DNA of 64,000 bases, taken from positions 16,390 through 80,389 of the forward strand of contig JAAZLE010000084.1 of NCBI GenBank assembly GCA_012799455.1, in the 5' to 3' direction. The stretch comes from Clostridiales bacterium (GTDB lineage Bacteria > Bacillota > Clostridia > Christensenellales > DTU072). Each line of letters opens with the position of its first letter. The first letter of the stretch is position 1. The notes beneath the pieces are model-generated. The model was not told the DNA's origin. It ran no database searches and saw only the letters and a list, made by a program, of their open reading frames with translations. Both the position numbers and the translations under genes were made by a program. This document shows, one piece after another, positions 16,771 to 25,990 of this stretch.

Positions 16771-17994
16771 ATGATGAAGAAAGCAGCAAAGCCCAAAAGT
16801 CCAAATGTTTTAACTTATAATGTTGTTAAGGCAATGTTAAGGCTTTTGTCTACTTTTTTAGTGAGTGTTAAATTTCAAAAAGATCCTGAGATTAATAAAA
16901 TAAAAGGTCCAGTACTTGCTCTTGGAACACACAGCACCCCAATGGACGTGGCATTTAGTTTTTTAGCGGTTAGAAAGAAAAGATTAAATGTTGTTTGCGG
17001 AAGAGACGTGTTGAGTTGGAAGTGGCTGAATGTTTTCAGAAAAGGACTTAGGATGATTCCTACTAGTCAATTTGATTTAGATTTAAGCAGTGTAAAAGCC
17101 ATAAAAAGGGCGGTGGCTTCTGGCTGTTCGATTGCATTGTTCCCAGAAGGGAAAATATCAATCGATGGTAGGAATTTGCATTACATAGCTCCTGCTATTA
17201 CTAAGTTGATAAAACTATTAAATGTTCCAGTAGTATTTTCTCATGCGTATGGTGGGTTTTCTGTTAAACCTAGGTGGGGCCACGGAATTCGAAGGGGAAG
17301 GATTGTATATAAATCTGAAGTGCTATTTAGTCAAGATCAAATTAAAGAGATGTCTTCAGAGGATATGCATAAAGTTCTTGTAGAAAAGTTTAAATATAAT
17401 GATAACGAATATAGGATAGAAAACAAGTTACAATATAAGTGTATTAATCCCGCAGAGGGTATGCATTATATTTTATACAAGTGTCCAAAATGCGGTACGG
17501 AATACGAGATGGATTCGAAAGGCGATGAAGTTTTCTGTAAAGTTTGTGGATATAAAGTAATGTACGGTAAGTTTGGGCAGTTTGAAGCAGTTGATGATAA
17601 TATTCCTCCTGTTTTTGATAGGATTGATACTTGGTATGATTATCAAAAAGAATCTGTTGTCAAAGAGATATCAGAAGATACTTTTGAAATATCAAAACCT
17701 GTGAGCTGGTATTCGATGGATAATGTTACATTTGAATATGAAAAGATGGGCGAAGGTATGTTGTACATCAATAAAGAAGTAATAGGCTTTACAGGCAAGG
17801 ATTTGATTGAAAATCCAGTTGAATTTCAGTTGTCATTATCTGGGCTTTTTACAGTTGTGCAAAAAGTTGATGAGGCGATTGATTTAACTGTTAATACGGT
17901 GATTCATAGGTTTATATTTAAAGAAGGAAAGTACAGTGCTAAGTATAACCTAATAGTAGAAGAAATGTTTAAACTCAACAATAAGGTTGAGTAG
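16771..17994 (+). CDS. PlsC-family (lysophospholipid) acyltransferase with an internal zinc ribbon and an uncharacterised C-terminal half
   Basis: H-x4-D motif (HSTPMD) and FPEGK motif lie in the N-terminal ~200 aa. CPKCGTEYEMDSKGDEVFCKVCGY is a CxxC...CxxC ribbon. The remaining ~150 aa have no motif I recognise. Confidence 0.65.
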   Translation: MMKKAAKPKSPNVLTYNVVKAMLRLLSTFLVSVKFQKDPEINKIKGPVLALGTHSTPMDVAFSFLAVRKKRLNVVCGRDVLSWKWLNVFRKGLRMIPTSQFDLDLSSVKAIKRAVASGCSIALFPEGKISIDGRNLHYIAPAITKLIKLLNVPVVFSHAYGGFSVKPRWGHGIRRGRIVYKSEVLFSQDQIKEMSSEDMHKVLVEKFKYNDNEYRIENKLQYKCINPAEGMHYILYKCPKCGTEYEMDSKGDEVFCKVCGYKVMYGKFGQFEAVDDNIPPVFDRIDTWYDYQKESVVKEISEDTFEISKPVSWYSMDNVTFEYEKMGEGMLYINKEVIGFTGKDLIENPVEFQLSLSGLFTVVQKVDEAIDLTVNTVIHRFIFKEGKYSAKYNLIVEEMFKLNNKVE

Positions 17995-18043
17995 TTATTT
18001 TAAACAGCTTAACGTGTTATGTGTGAAAGTGAATGAGGTATAG

Positions 18044-19681
18044 TTAAATATCTCTATCCCATTTTTGAGCGAGTGCCTCAATTTCAGAAGTAAATTTTCG
18101 TAATTCTCGATTTTCTAAACCTTCATTCTTCTTAACTGACTCGGAAAGAAGTTCTAACGCATCCAAAAGTTTGCCATAAACACCAGAAATTTTTACGTGG
18201 TATCTTTTTCTTGCTTGCCTGTCGGTACGTCGTTTTATTTGTTTATTGCCTTCAAAAATGCTTTCATCTGTAATTAAGTCCCATATAGCTCCATTATAAG
18301 GAACACTAATTGTTTGTTGGGTTGCTTCTAGCATTTCCGCAAAGGAAAGGGATGTTTCTTCATCACCGTGAGTTATAAATATTCTAGCAGGTTTCGGATT
18401 GAATGATTCCGCCCAAGTTTTAAGGTCATCCATGTCCGCATGTGAGCTTGTGCCTTGCATTTGAACAATTTTTGCATTAATGGGAATGTTCTCGTTGAAT
18501 AATTTTACGGATTTTGCTCCATCTAATATTATTCTACCCAATGTGCCAGGGACTTGATATCCCACAAAAACTATTGTGTTTTTAGGTCCGGGAAGGTAGG
18601 TTCTAAGATGGTGGCGAATTCGTCCAGCTTCACACATGCCAGAAGCTGAGATTATAACTTTGTATCCCTTCTCTAACTCTATGCTTTTACTATCATCTGC
18701 GGTTAAGCTCATTTTTAAGTTTTTAAACTCGAGTGGGTTTATGCCTTTTGCAATTAAATTTGTTGTTTCCTGATCAAAATATTCTAAATAATTTTTACGG
18801 AATATATGTGTGGCTCTGATTGCAAGAGGGCTGTCAACATAAACTTTGAAGTTTTTATACTTCATAATCCTGGGGCCTTCTTTTACTAAACGAAGGAAAT
18901 ACAAGAGTTCTTGCATTCTTCCCACCGCAAATGAAGGGATAATTACGCTGCCGCCACGATTAAAAGCATCGATTAAAATATTGACTAACTGATCTTCATA
19001 ATTATTTACATGGTTATGTTTTCTATCACCATAGGTGCTTTCCATTATTACGTAGTCAGCTTTTGTTAAGTAGGTTGGGTTTTTAATTATGGGTTTGTTT
19101 TTATTTCCAATGTCTCCCGAAAAAACTATCGTTCGAGTTTCATTATCTTCTTCCGCCAATATTTCAATAGATGCAGATCCTAAAAGATGTCCAGCATCAT
19201 AGTATGTAACAGTTATTCCTTCCCATATTTTTGTTGGTTTTTCGTAATCAATAGGTTTGAAATGCTTAACAAGTCCTATGACGTCTTCTTGGGTGTATAA
19301 TGGGGCATAGTATGATGGGGAGTTTTTTTTACTTTTTTTATTACGTTGTTCTGCTTCAAACTCTTGGATATGCGCGCTATCAAGTAGCATTATTTCACAT
19401 AATTCCATTGAAGCAGATGTCATATAAACTGCCCCTCTAAAACCATTCCGGTATAAAAGAGGAGTAAGTCCTGAATGGTCGATATGTGCGTGTGTCAATA
19501 GTACAATATCTACTTCACTTGCTGGTACAGGGAGTTCTTGGTTTTCATATAAATCAGGACCTTGTTCCATCCCGCAATCAATTAAAATTTTACAGTCAGA
19601 TACTTCTAAATAATAGCAACTTCCAGTAACTTCTCTAGCTGCGCCTAAAAATGTTAATCTCATCAATGTCCTCTTTGGCAT
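18044..19681 (-). CDS. MBL-fold / beta-CASP family metallo-hydrolase (RNA-metabolising type)
   Basis: HAHIDHSG motif, followed by GDIG, ESTYG and a late SSHAD motif, in the order typical of beta-CASP nucleases. 545 aa. Confidence 0.75.
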   Translation of the reverse strand: MPKRTLMRLTFLGAAREVTGSCYYLEVSDCKILIDCGMEQGPDLYENQELPVPASEVDIVLLTHAHIDHSGLTPLLYRNGFRGAVYMTSASMELCEIMLLDSAHIQEFEAEQRNKKSKKNSPSYYAPLYTQEDVIGLVKHFKPIDYEKPTKIWEGITVTYYDAGHLLGSASIEILAEEDNETRTIVFSGDIGNKNKPIIKNPTYLTKADYVIMESTYGDRKHNHVNNYEDQLVNILIDAFNRGGSVIIPSFAVGRMQELLYFLRLVKEGPRIMKYKNFKVYVDSPLAIRATHIFRKNYLEYFDQETTNLIAKGINPLEFKNLKMSLTADDSKSIELEKGYKVIISASGMCEAGRIRHHLRTYLPGPKNTIVFVGYQVPGTLGRIILDGAKSVKLFNENIPINAKIVQMQGTSSHADMDDLKTWAESFNPKPARIFITHGDEETSLSFAEMLEATQQTISVPYNGAIWDLITDESIFEGNKQIKRRTDRQARKRYHVKISGVYGKLLDALELLSESVKKNEGLENRELRKFTSEIEALAQKWDRDI

Positions 19682-19768
19682 TTAATAATCAATAAGCGTT
19701 AAACAATTAATCAAAAGGATTGTAAAGCTAATTAACTTAAGCAAATTATACCATATAAATATGAATAG

Positions 19769-19798
19769 TTGAATAGTTCATATTTATGTTCTTATAAT
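19769..19798 (+). promoter_or_regulatory. sigma-70-type promoter of the mazG-like gene, overlapped by an inverted repeat
   Basis: TTGAAT (19769-19774), 18 nt, TATAAT (19793-19798). The 9-bp inverted repeat AAATATGAA/TTCATATTT (19757-19785) spans the -35 element. Confidence 0.5.
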
Positions 19799-19888
19799 CA
19801 AGAAAAAATGAGAAAGAGATAGGTTAGGGCAATTACTTGAGTATATTCTTTAGAAAGTTTATAATTTTAATCAGTATTTGGAGGAGAT

Positions 19889-20923
19889 ATGAATTCTTTT
19901 AGTTTTATTATAGGCGATGATTTTATTAGGAGGGAAATTAACAGTTTTGAAAGGAATTTCCCCATTATTTTAGAAGGAATAACTTCCAGTAATTTCAAAT
20001 TAATAAGAGAAAAAATATTATCAGAATTTGGAGATAATTGCCAATGTGTATTAGTTGACAATGCAACTGGAAATACGACAGAGGTTTTAGCTAAGGATTT
20101 AAAGTATGTGGAGAGATTGATAATCAAGGCAGCTAGCTTTTTAAGTCGAGATCATTATACATTTGGTGATTTAGTAGAGATAATAAGAAGATTAAGAGAC
20201 CCAGATGGATGTCATTGGGATAAAGTACAAACACATAAAAGCATTAAGCCTAATGCAATAGAGGAAGCTTTTGAATTAGCAGAAGCCGTTGACTTAAATG
20301 ATGTTGAAAAAATGATTGAGGAAAGTGGGGATGTTATGTTACAAGGGCTTTTTCACGCTACTATCGCGGAAGATGAAGGAACGTTCACAACAAACGATAT
20401 AATTAATGCACTATGTATAAAATTAATAAGTAGGCACACTCATGTCTTTGGAGAGAACAAAGCCGAAACTCCAGAAGATGCACTAAAAAGTTGGGAAAAA
20501 GCTAAGTCAAAAGAGAAAAATCAGAAGAATTTTTTAGACAAAATAGAAAGTGTTCCTGTAACATTTGGAGCATTGCTTAAGGCGAAGAAGGTTGAAAGCA
20601 TCATTCGGAAATATGGTTTTGATTTTACAAACTTAGATTCTGCAGCTGCAAAAATACCAGAGGAACTTGAGGAATTAAAAGAAGCAAAGACTCAGAAAGA
20701 AAAAGAATGGGAAGGAGGAGATTTGTTGTTTGCAGTAATGAGTTATTTAGTGAAGATAGGGGTTGATCCAGAGTCTGCGCTAAATGCTACAACTAATAGG
20801 TTTATAAAAAGATTTGCATATGTAGTCGAAATGTCTAAAGAAAAAGGTTTTGAACTTAAAGCGGAAAATATTGATATAATGGAAAAATATTACCAAGAAT
20901 CCAAAAAGTTTGAGGATAATTAG
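19889..20923 (+). CDS. mazG: MazG-family nucleoside triphosphate pyrophosphohydrolase (YabN-like) with a short N-terminal extra domain
   Basis: RLRDPDGCHWDKVQTHKSIKPNAIEEAFELAEAV and a second EE...E...D half-site are typical of tandem MazG domains. RBS GGAGGAG. Confidence 0.8.
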   Translation: MNSFSFIIGDDFIRREINSFERNFPIILEGITSSNFKLIREKILSEFGDNCQCVLVDNATGNTTEVLAKDLKYVERLIIKAASFLSRDHYTFGDLVEIIRRLRDPDGCHWDKVQTHKSIKPNAIEEAFELAEAVDLNDVEKMIEESGDVMLQGLFHATIAEDEGTFTTNDIINALCIKLISRHTHVFGENKAETPEDALKSWEKAKSKEKNQKNFLDKIESVPVTFGALLKAKKVESIIRKYGFDFTNLDSAAAKIPEELEELKEAKTQKEKEWEGGDLLFAVMSYLVKIGVDPESALNATTNRFIKRFAYVVEMSKEKGFELKAENIDIMEKYYQESKKFEDN

Positions 20924-21007
20924 TCTGACTTTCTAGGCGATTTATAAAATGTAAGTTTGCTACCGTTTTATTGGTTTTTACAAACCAATCAGATATATAA
21001 GGATACA

Positions 21008-21961
21008 ATGAGTGGATTGATAATAGGTAATTTAACTTTAAGTTCAAAGTTTATTTTACCCGCAATAGCGGGGTTTAGTGATGTAATGATGAGGGTTTTA
21101 TGCTACGAATATGGAGCAGCTCTTTGTCATACAGAAATGGTTTCTGCAAAAGGACTTATCTACGGTGGAAATAGAAGCGAGGATTTATTATTAACGGATG
21201 AAAGAGAGCCTATTAAAGCAGTACAATTGTTTGGATCGGAGCCGTATTTTATTGAAAAAGCTATTTTAGACCAAAGGTTAAAAAAATTTGATTTAATAGA
21301 CATAAACATGGGGTGTCCTGTTCCTAAAGTGGTAAAAAACGGAGATGGTTCTGCTCTGATGAAAGATCCAGGTAAGGCATATGACGTAATGAAGGCAGCA
21401 TGCGATGTTGCGGATTCAAGGCCAGTTACTGTAAAAATGCGTGCCGGCTTTTATCAAGACAATCAAAATGCTGTTCAAATTTGTGAACTTGCAGAAAAAG
21501 CAGGGGTGTCTGCTGTTACAATTCATGCTAGAGTTCGAGATCAGTATTACAGTGGTCCTATAAATTTTGATTTGATAAAAGAGGCAAAGAAACAGGTGGG
21601 TATTCCTGTTATTGGAAATGGCGAGGTTAAGAATTTAGATGATGCCCTTGAAATGTTTGAAAAAACAAGATGCGATGGTATAGCGGTAGCAAGGGCAGCG
21701 ATTGGTAAGCCGCATATATTTGCAGAGCTAGATGAAAAGCCATATGACGCAGATATATTTAACCTAATGGAAAGGCATACAAGAGGGTTATTAGCTGTTT
21801 TACCAGAAGATATAGTTGCAAATAACATGAAAAGACATTTAGTTTCATATTTAAAAGGGATTAAAGATGCAAAAAAGTATAAGGTAATGATAACTAGATC
21901 AAATGGGATTGACGAGATTTTTGACATCTTAGGTAAAGCTAAAGATGAACTAAAGCAATAA
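21008..21961 (+). CDS. dus: tRNA-dihydrouridine synthase
   Basis: Motifs include PMAG-like AIAGFSD, DINMGCPVPKV (catalytic Cys) and HARVRDQ. The ATG at 21008 has AAGGA upstream and is preferred over the ORF-track start at 20957. Confidence 0.85.
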   Translation: MSGLIIGNLTLSSKFILPAIAGFSDVMMRVLCYEYGAALCHTEMVSAKGLIYGGNRSEDLLLTDEREPIKAVQLFGSEPYFIEKAILDQRLKKFDLIDINMGCPVPKVVKNGDGSALMKDPGKAYDVMKAACDVADSRPVTVKMRAGFYQDNQNAVQICELAEKAGVSAVTIHARVRDQYYSGPINFDLIKEAKKQVGIPVIGNGEVKNLDDALEMFEKTRCDGIAVARAAIGKPHIFAELDEKPYDADIFNLMERHTRGLLAVLPEDIVANNMKRHLVSYLKGIKDAKKYKVMITRSNGIDEIFDILGKAKDELKQ

Positions 21962-22132
21962 GGTGAATGGTGCTATAATGAAACCTATTATTCATCTAGA
22001 GAGGGAATGCTTTGTCGTAAGTTAAAGTTTTGATTAAATATAACATTAATTGTAATGTAACGTTTACCAAAAGATATATAAAGTGGTATAATGAAAATGC
22101 AAATAAAAATGCAGATTAAGGAGGGGTAACTT

Positions 22133-23326
22133 ATGAATAAGAAAACTATAGAAGATGTAAATGTAAAAGGTAAAAAATGCTTAGTTAGGGTGGACTTTAA
22201 CGTTCCTATGCAAGGTTCTGTAATAACTGATACCAATAGAATAGAAGGAGCTTTGCCAACAATTAAATATTTATCCGAAAAAGGTGCAAAGGTTATTTTA
22301 TGTTCTCATATGGGTAGACCAAAAGGTGAGTTTAATCTAAAGTATTCATTAAAACCAGTTGCAGAAAAACTATCTGAATTACTAGGAAAGCCAGTGGCTT
22401 TTGCCGAAGATGTTATAGGTCCTTCCGCTCATGAAAAAGTTAATGCATGTAAGGATGGAGAGATAGTTTTATTAGAAAATTTGCGTTTTCATAAGGAAGA
22501 AGAAGAAAATGATGAAGGTTTTTGTAAAGCTCTAGCCGAATTTTGTGATATTTATGTTAATGATGCTTTTGGAACTGCACATAGAGCACATGCTTCAACA
22601 GCAGGCATAGTACAATATGGATTCACTAAAGTAGCCGTTGCAGGTTTTTTAATTGGAAAAGAAATTAGCATTATGGGTAAGGCATTAGAAAACCCGGAAA
22701 GACCATTTGTTGCGATACTAGGTGGCGCTAAAGTTTCCGATAAAATTAGTGTTATTAATAATCTAATTGAAAAAGTAGATAGCATTATCATTGGTGGTGG
22801 TATGGCATATACCTTTTTGGCTGCAATGAAACATCCAATAGGAAATTCAATTTGTGAAAGAGATAAGTTTGACCTTGCTTTAGAGTTATTGCAAAAAGCT
22901 AAGGGAAAGGGCGTTAAGTTATTACTACCAGTGGATAATGTATATGGAAGTGAGTTTTCAAATAATGCAGCATCACTAGTTCAAAAGACAGGATATGTTC
23001 CACCAGAGGGCTGGATGGGTATGGATATAGGATCAGAAACAATCGAATTGTTCTCTAAGGAAATTAAAAAAGCAAAGACGGTTGTATGGAATGGTCCTAT
23101 GGGAGTGTTTGAGTTTGATAAATTTGCTAAAGGCACTATGGCAATTGCTCGCGCTCTTGCTAACTCGGGTGCTATTACTATTATTGGCGGAGGGGATAGT
23201 GCTAGTGCAGTAACTCAACTAGGATTTGCGGACAAAATGACTCACATATCTACAGGTGGCGGAGCATCACTTGAATTTTTAGAGGGTAAAACATTACCAG
23301 GAATTGATTGTCTTAATAACAAATAA
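22133..23326 (+). CDS. pgk: phosphoglycerate kinase
   Basis: [16 protein letters not shown] and GGGDSA motifs. 397 aa. RBS AAGGAGG. Confidence 0.95.
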   Translation: MNKKTIEDVNVKGKKCLVRVDFNVPMQGSVITDTNRIEGALPTIKYLSEKGAKVILCSHMGRPKGEFNLKYSLKPVAEKLSELLGKPVAFAEDVIGPSAHEKVNACKDGEIVLLENLRFHKEEEENDEGFCKALAEFCDIYVNDAFGTAHRAHASTAGIVQYGFTKVAVAGFLIGKEISIMGKALENPERPFVAILGGAKVSDKISVINNLIEKVDSIIIGGGMAYTFLAAMKHPIGNSICERDKFDLALELLQKAKGKGVKLLLPVDNVYGSEFSNNAASLVQKTGYVPPEGWMGMDIGSETIELFSKEIKKAKTVVWNGPMGVFEFDKFAKGTMAIARALANSGAITIIGGGDSASAVTQLGFADKMTHISTGGGASLEFLEGKTLPGIDCLNNK

Positions 23327-23338
23327 CGGAGGTAGGAA

Positions 23339-24094
23339 ATGAAAAGAGATATTATTGCAGGCAATTGGAAAATGAATAAAACACAAGAGGAGACTAAGGC
23401 TTTAATTAAGGAAATAGTCCCTCTAGTGAAAGATGCTAATTGCGAGGTGGTTTTATGCGTGCCTTATACTAACTTAGAGGTAGCAAGAAAAGCTATGCGC
23501 GGAACTAAAATGCAATTAGGGGCTCAAAATGTGCATTGGGCACCAAAAGGAGCATTCACTGGCGAAGTTAGTGCTGAGATGTTAAAAGAACTAAAGGTAA
23601 AATATGTTATTATTGGCCATAGCGAAAGGAGACAATATTTTGGCGAGACTGATATGTCTGTAAATGCACGTACAAAGGCTGCGTTAGAAGCGGGGTTGAA
23701 GGCTATAGTTTGCGTAGGCGAAACTTTAGAACAACGAGAAGCTGGTGAGACAAATAGGGTTTTAGCAGAGCAGATAGAAAAAGGTTTGGCCGGGCTAACA
23801 AAAAAAGATTTGAAAAATATAGTTATTGCATACGAACCAGTGTGGGCAATAGGAACTGGAAAGACTGCAACCGCTGAAGACGCAAATGAAACTATCGGAG
23901 TTATGAGAAAAGGCATAATTAGACAAATGTTTGGCAAATATGCAGCCAATTCACTAAGAATTCAATATGGTGGCAGTATGAACGCTAAAAACGCAAAAGA
24001 ATTAATGGCCATGCCTGAAATAGACGGTGGACTAATAGGCGGAGCATCATTAAAAGCGGAAGATTTTGCAGTTATAGTTAATTACGATAAATAA
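23339..24094 (+). CDS. tpiA: triose-phosphate isomerase
   Basis: AGNWKMN, IGHSERR and AYEPVWAIGTG motifs. Confidence 0.95.
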   Translation: MKRDIIAGNWKMNKTQEETKALIKEIVPLVKDANCEVVLCVPYTNLEVARKAMRGTKMQLGAQNVHWAPKGAFTGEVSAEMLKELKVKYVIIGHSERRQYFGETDMSVNARTKAALEAGLKAIVCVGETLEQREAGETNRVLAEQIEKGLAGLTKKDLKNIVIAYEPVWAIGTGKTATAEDANETIGVMRKGIIRQMFGKYAANSLRIQYGGSMNAKNAKELMAMPEIDGGLIGGASLKAEDFAVIVNYDK

Positions 24095-24135
24095 TATATA
24101 CCGTAAAACGGGTAGTCATAAGAATAAAATAACAA

Positions 24136-24163
24136 TTGAAACCGCTGACAATCGCGGTTTCAA
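24136..24163 (+). other. intercistronic stem-loop between tpiA and gpmI
   Basis: TTGAAACCGC (24136-24145) pairs with GCGGTTTCAA (24154-24163) around an 8-nt loop. No T-tract follows, so this looks more like a processing, stability or attenuation hairpin than a full terminator. Confidence 0.4.
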
Positions 24164-24185
24164 CTATTGTAAAGGAGTTTAAGGA

Positions 24186-25754
24186 ATGAAAAAAGTTGTT
24201 TTAGTAGTCATGGACGGTATAGGGTATTCAGAAAAGACTGAAGGGAATGCAGTAGCGGTTGCGCGCACACCTAATCTTGACTGGTTAATGGAAAATGCTA
24301 GTTATACTTATCTTAAAGCCCATGGAGAAGCCGTAGGCTTACCTTCAGATGAAGATATGGGAAACAGCGAGGTTGGACATAATGCCATGGGATGTGGACA
24401 AATCTATTCTCAAGGGGCAAAGCTCGTCAATGAAAAAATTGAAAGCAAAGAAGTGTTCCAATCGAAAGCCTGGAATGAGCTAGTTGAAAACTGTGTCAAG
24501 AATAATTCCTATATTCATTTTATTGGTTTGCTTTCTGATGGGAATGTGCACTCAAACATAAGCCACTTATTTTCATTACTTGAGCAATCTAAGAAAGAAC
24601 AAATCAAGGGTGCAAGAGTGCATATATTGCTAGATGGAAGAGATGTGCCTGCAACATCTGCTTTAACTTATGTGGATTTGCTCGAAAATAAGATATCTAA
24701 ACTTAGGTCTAACGAATTTGATTGTGCTATAGCAAGTGGTGGTGGCAGGATGAAGATCACAATGGACAGGTATAATGCAAACTGGAATATGGTTAAGCTA
24801 GGATATGATTTACATGTAAAAGGTGAGGGTAGGGGTTTTACTAGTGCTACTGAAGCAATTACAACCTACAGGAAAGAAAAAGTAGGGATAGTAGATCAAG
24901 ATCTACCAGGTTTTGTCATTATAAACGACAATAATGAACCCATTGGTAAGATAAAAGATGGTGATAGTGTTATATTATTCAACTTTAGAGGGGATAGAGC
25001 AATAGAGATTAGCAGGGCCTTGACAGAAGAAGTATTTTGCGAATTTGACAGAGGAGTCCTTCCCAATATTATGTTTGCAGGAATGCTTCAATATGATGGA
25101 GACAAGCATATCCCAGAAAGGTTTTTAGTTGAGCCGCCTAAAATTAAAAACACATTAAGCGAGATATTAGTTAAAAACAATATAAGGCAATACGCAATTT
25201 CTGAAACTCAGAAGTATGGACACGTTACATATTTTTGGAATGGAAACAAACTTGATAAATTTGATGATAAATTGGAAACATTTTGTGAAATTCCATCTGA
25301 CAAGGTTTCTTTCGATGAAAGACCGTGGATGAAATCTGCCGAGATAACTGATGAAATGATAAAGGTTATATGTTCTGATGAGTACGATTTCATTAGATGT
25401 AACTATCCTAATGGCGACATGGTTGGGCATACTGGAAGTTTTGATGCAACAGTAATAGGTGTTGAGGCAGTAGATTTGGCTATAGGCCGTTTGCTTCAAG
25501 TAATTGATGAGAAAGGTTATTGTTTATTAATTACAGCCGATCATGGCAATGCAGATGAAATGTTTGAAAAAAATAAAAAAGGCGAGTTGCAACCTAGGAC
25601 TGCTCATAGTTTAAACAAGGTTCCATTCATAATTTATGGAATTGATGCGATAGTTAAAAAAGGAGAGTTTGGGTTGTCTAATATAGCATCAACTGTTACC
25701 CAAATTCTTGGCATAAAGCCACACTCTTCATGGGACGAGTCTGTAATATTGTAA
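24186..25754 (+). CDS. gpmI: 2,3-bisphosphoglycerate-independent phosphoglycerate mutase
   Basis: MGNSEVGH (catalytic Ser), ADHGNA and the overall length of 522 aa. Confidence 0.9.
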   Translation: MKKVVLVVMDGIGYSEKTEGNAVAVARTPNLDWLMENASYTYLKAHGEAVGLPSDEDMGNSEVGHNAMGCGQIYSQGAKLVNEKIESKEVFQSKAWNELVENCVKNNSYIHFIGLLSDGNVHSNISHLFSLLEQSKKEQIKGARVHILLDGRDVPATSALTYVDLLENKISKLRSNEFDCAIASGGGRMKITMDRYNANWNMVKLGYDLHVKGEGRGFTSATEAITTYRKEKVGIVDQDLPGFVIINDNNEPIGKIKDGDSVILFNFRGDRAIEISRALTEEVFCEFDRGVLPNIMFAGMLQYDGDKHIPERFLVEPPKIKNTLSEILVKNNIRQYAISETQKYGHVTYFWNGNKLDKFDDKLETFCEIPSDKVSFDERPWMKSAEITDEMIKVICSDEYDFIRCNYPNGDMVGHTGSFDATVIGVEAVDLAIGRLLQVIDEKGYCLLITADHGNADEMFEKNKKGELQPRTAHSLNKVPFIIYGIDAIVKKGEFGLSNIASTVTQILGIKPHSSWDESVIL

Positions 25755-25929
25755 TAGATTTAAAACAAGCATAATAGACAGAAGAGCGTTTATCTATGGA
25801 TAACAAAATTAAATATTTTAGGTGAAAACTTAAACTATTGACAACATATAACCTATTGGGTTTGTAACATAAGGGCTGGAAATCGCGTTTCACAATATTA
25901 TATAATAATATGTGTGCGCGGGTGCATAC

Positions 25930-25959
25930 TTGACTATAAGGCGTATCGTGTGGTAATAT
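25930..25959 (+). promoter_or_regulatory. sigma-70-type promoter of the ABC exporter pair
   Basis: TTGACT (25930-25935), 18 nt, TAATAT (25954-25959), with TG two nt upstream of the -10 element (extended -10). Confidence 0.5.
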
Positions 25960-25990
25960 ACGCTAAATAATTATTGAGGGATATATTATT

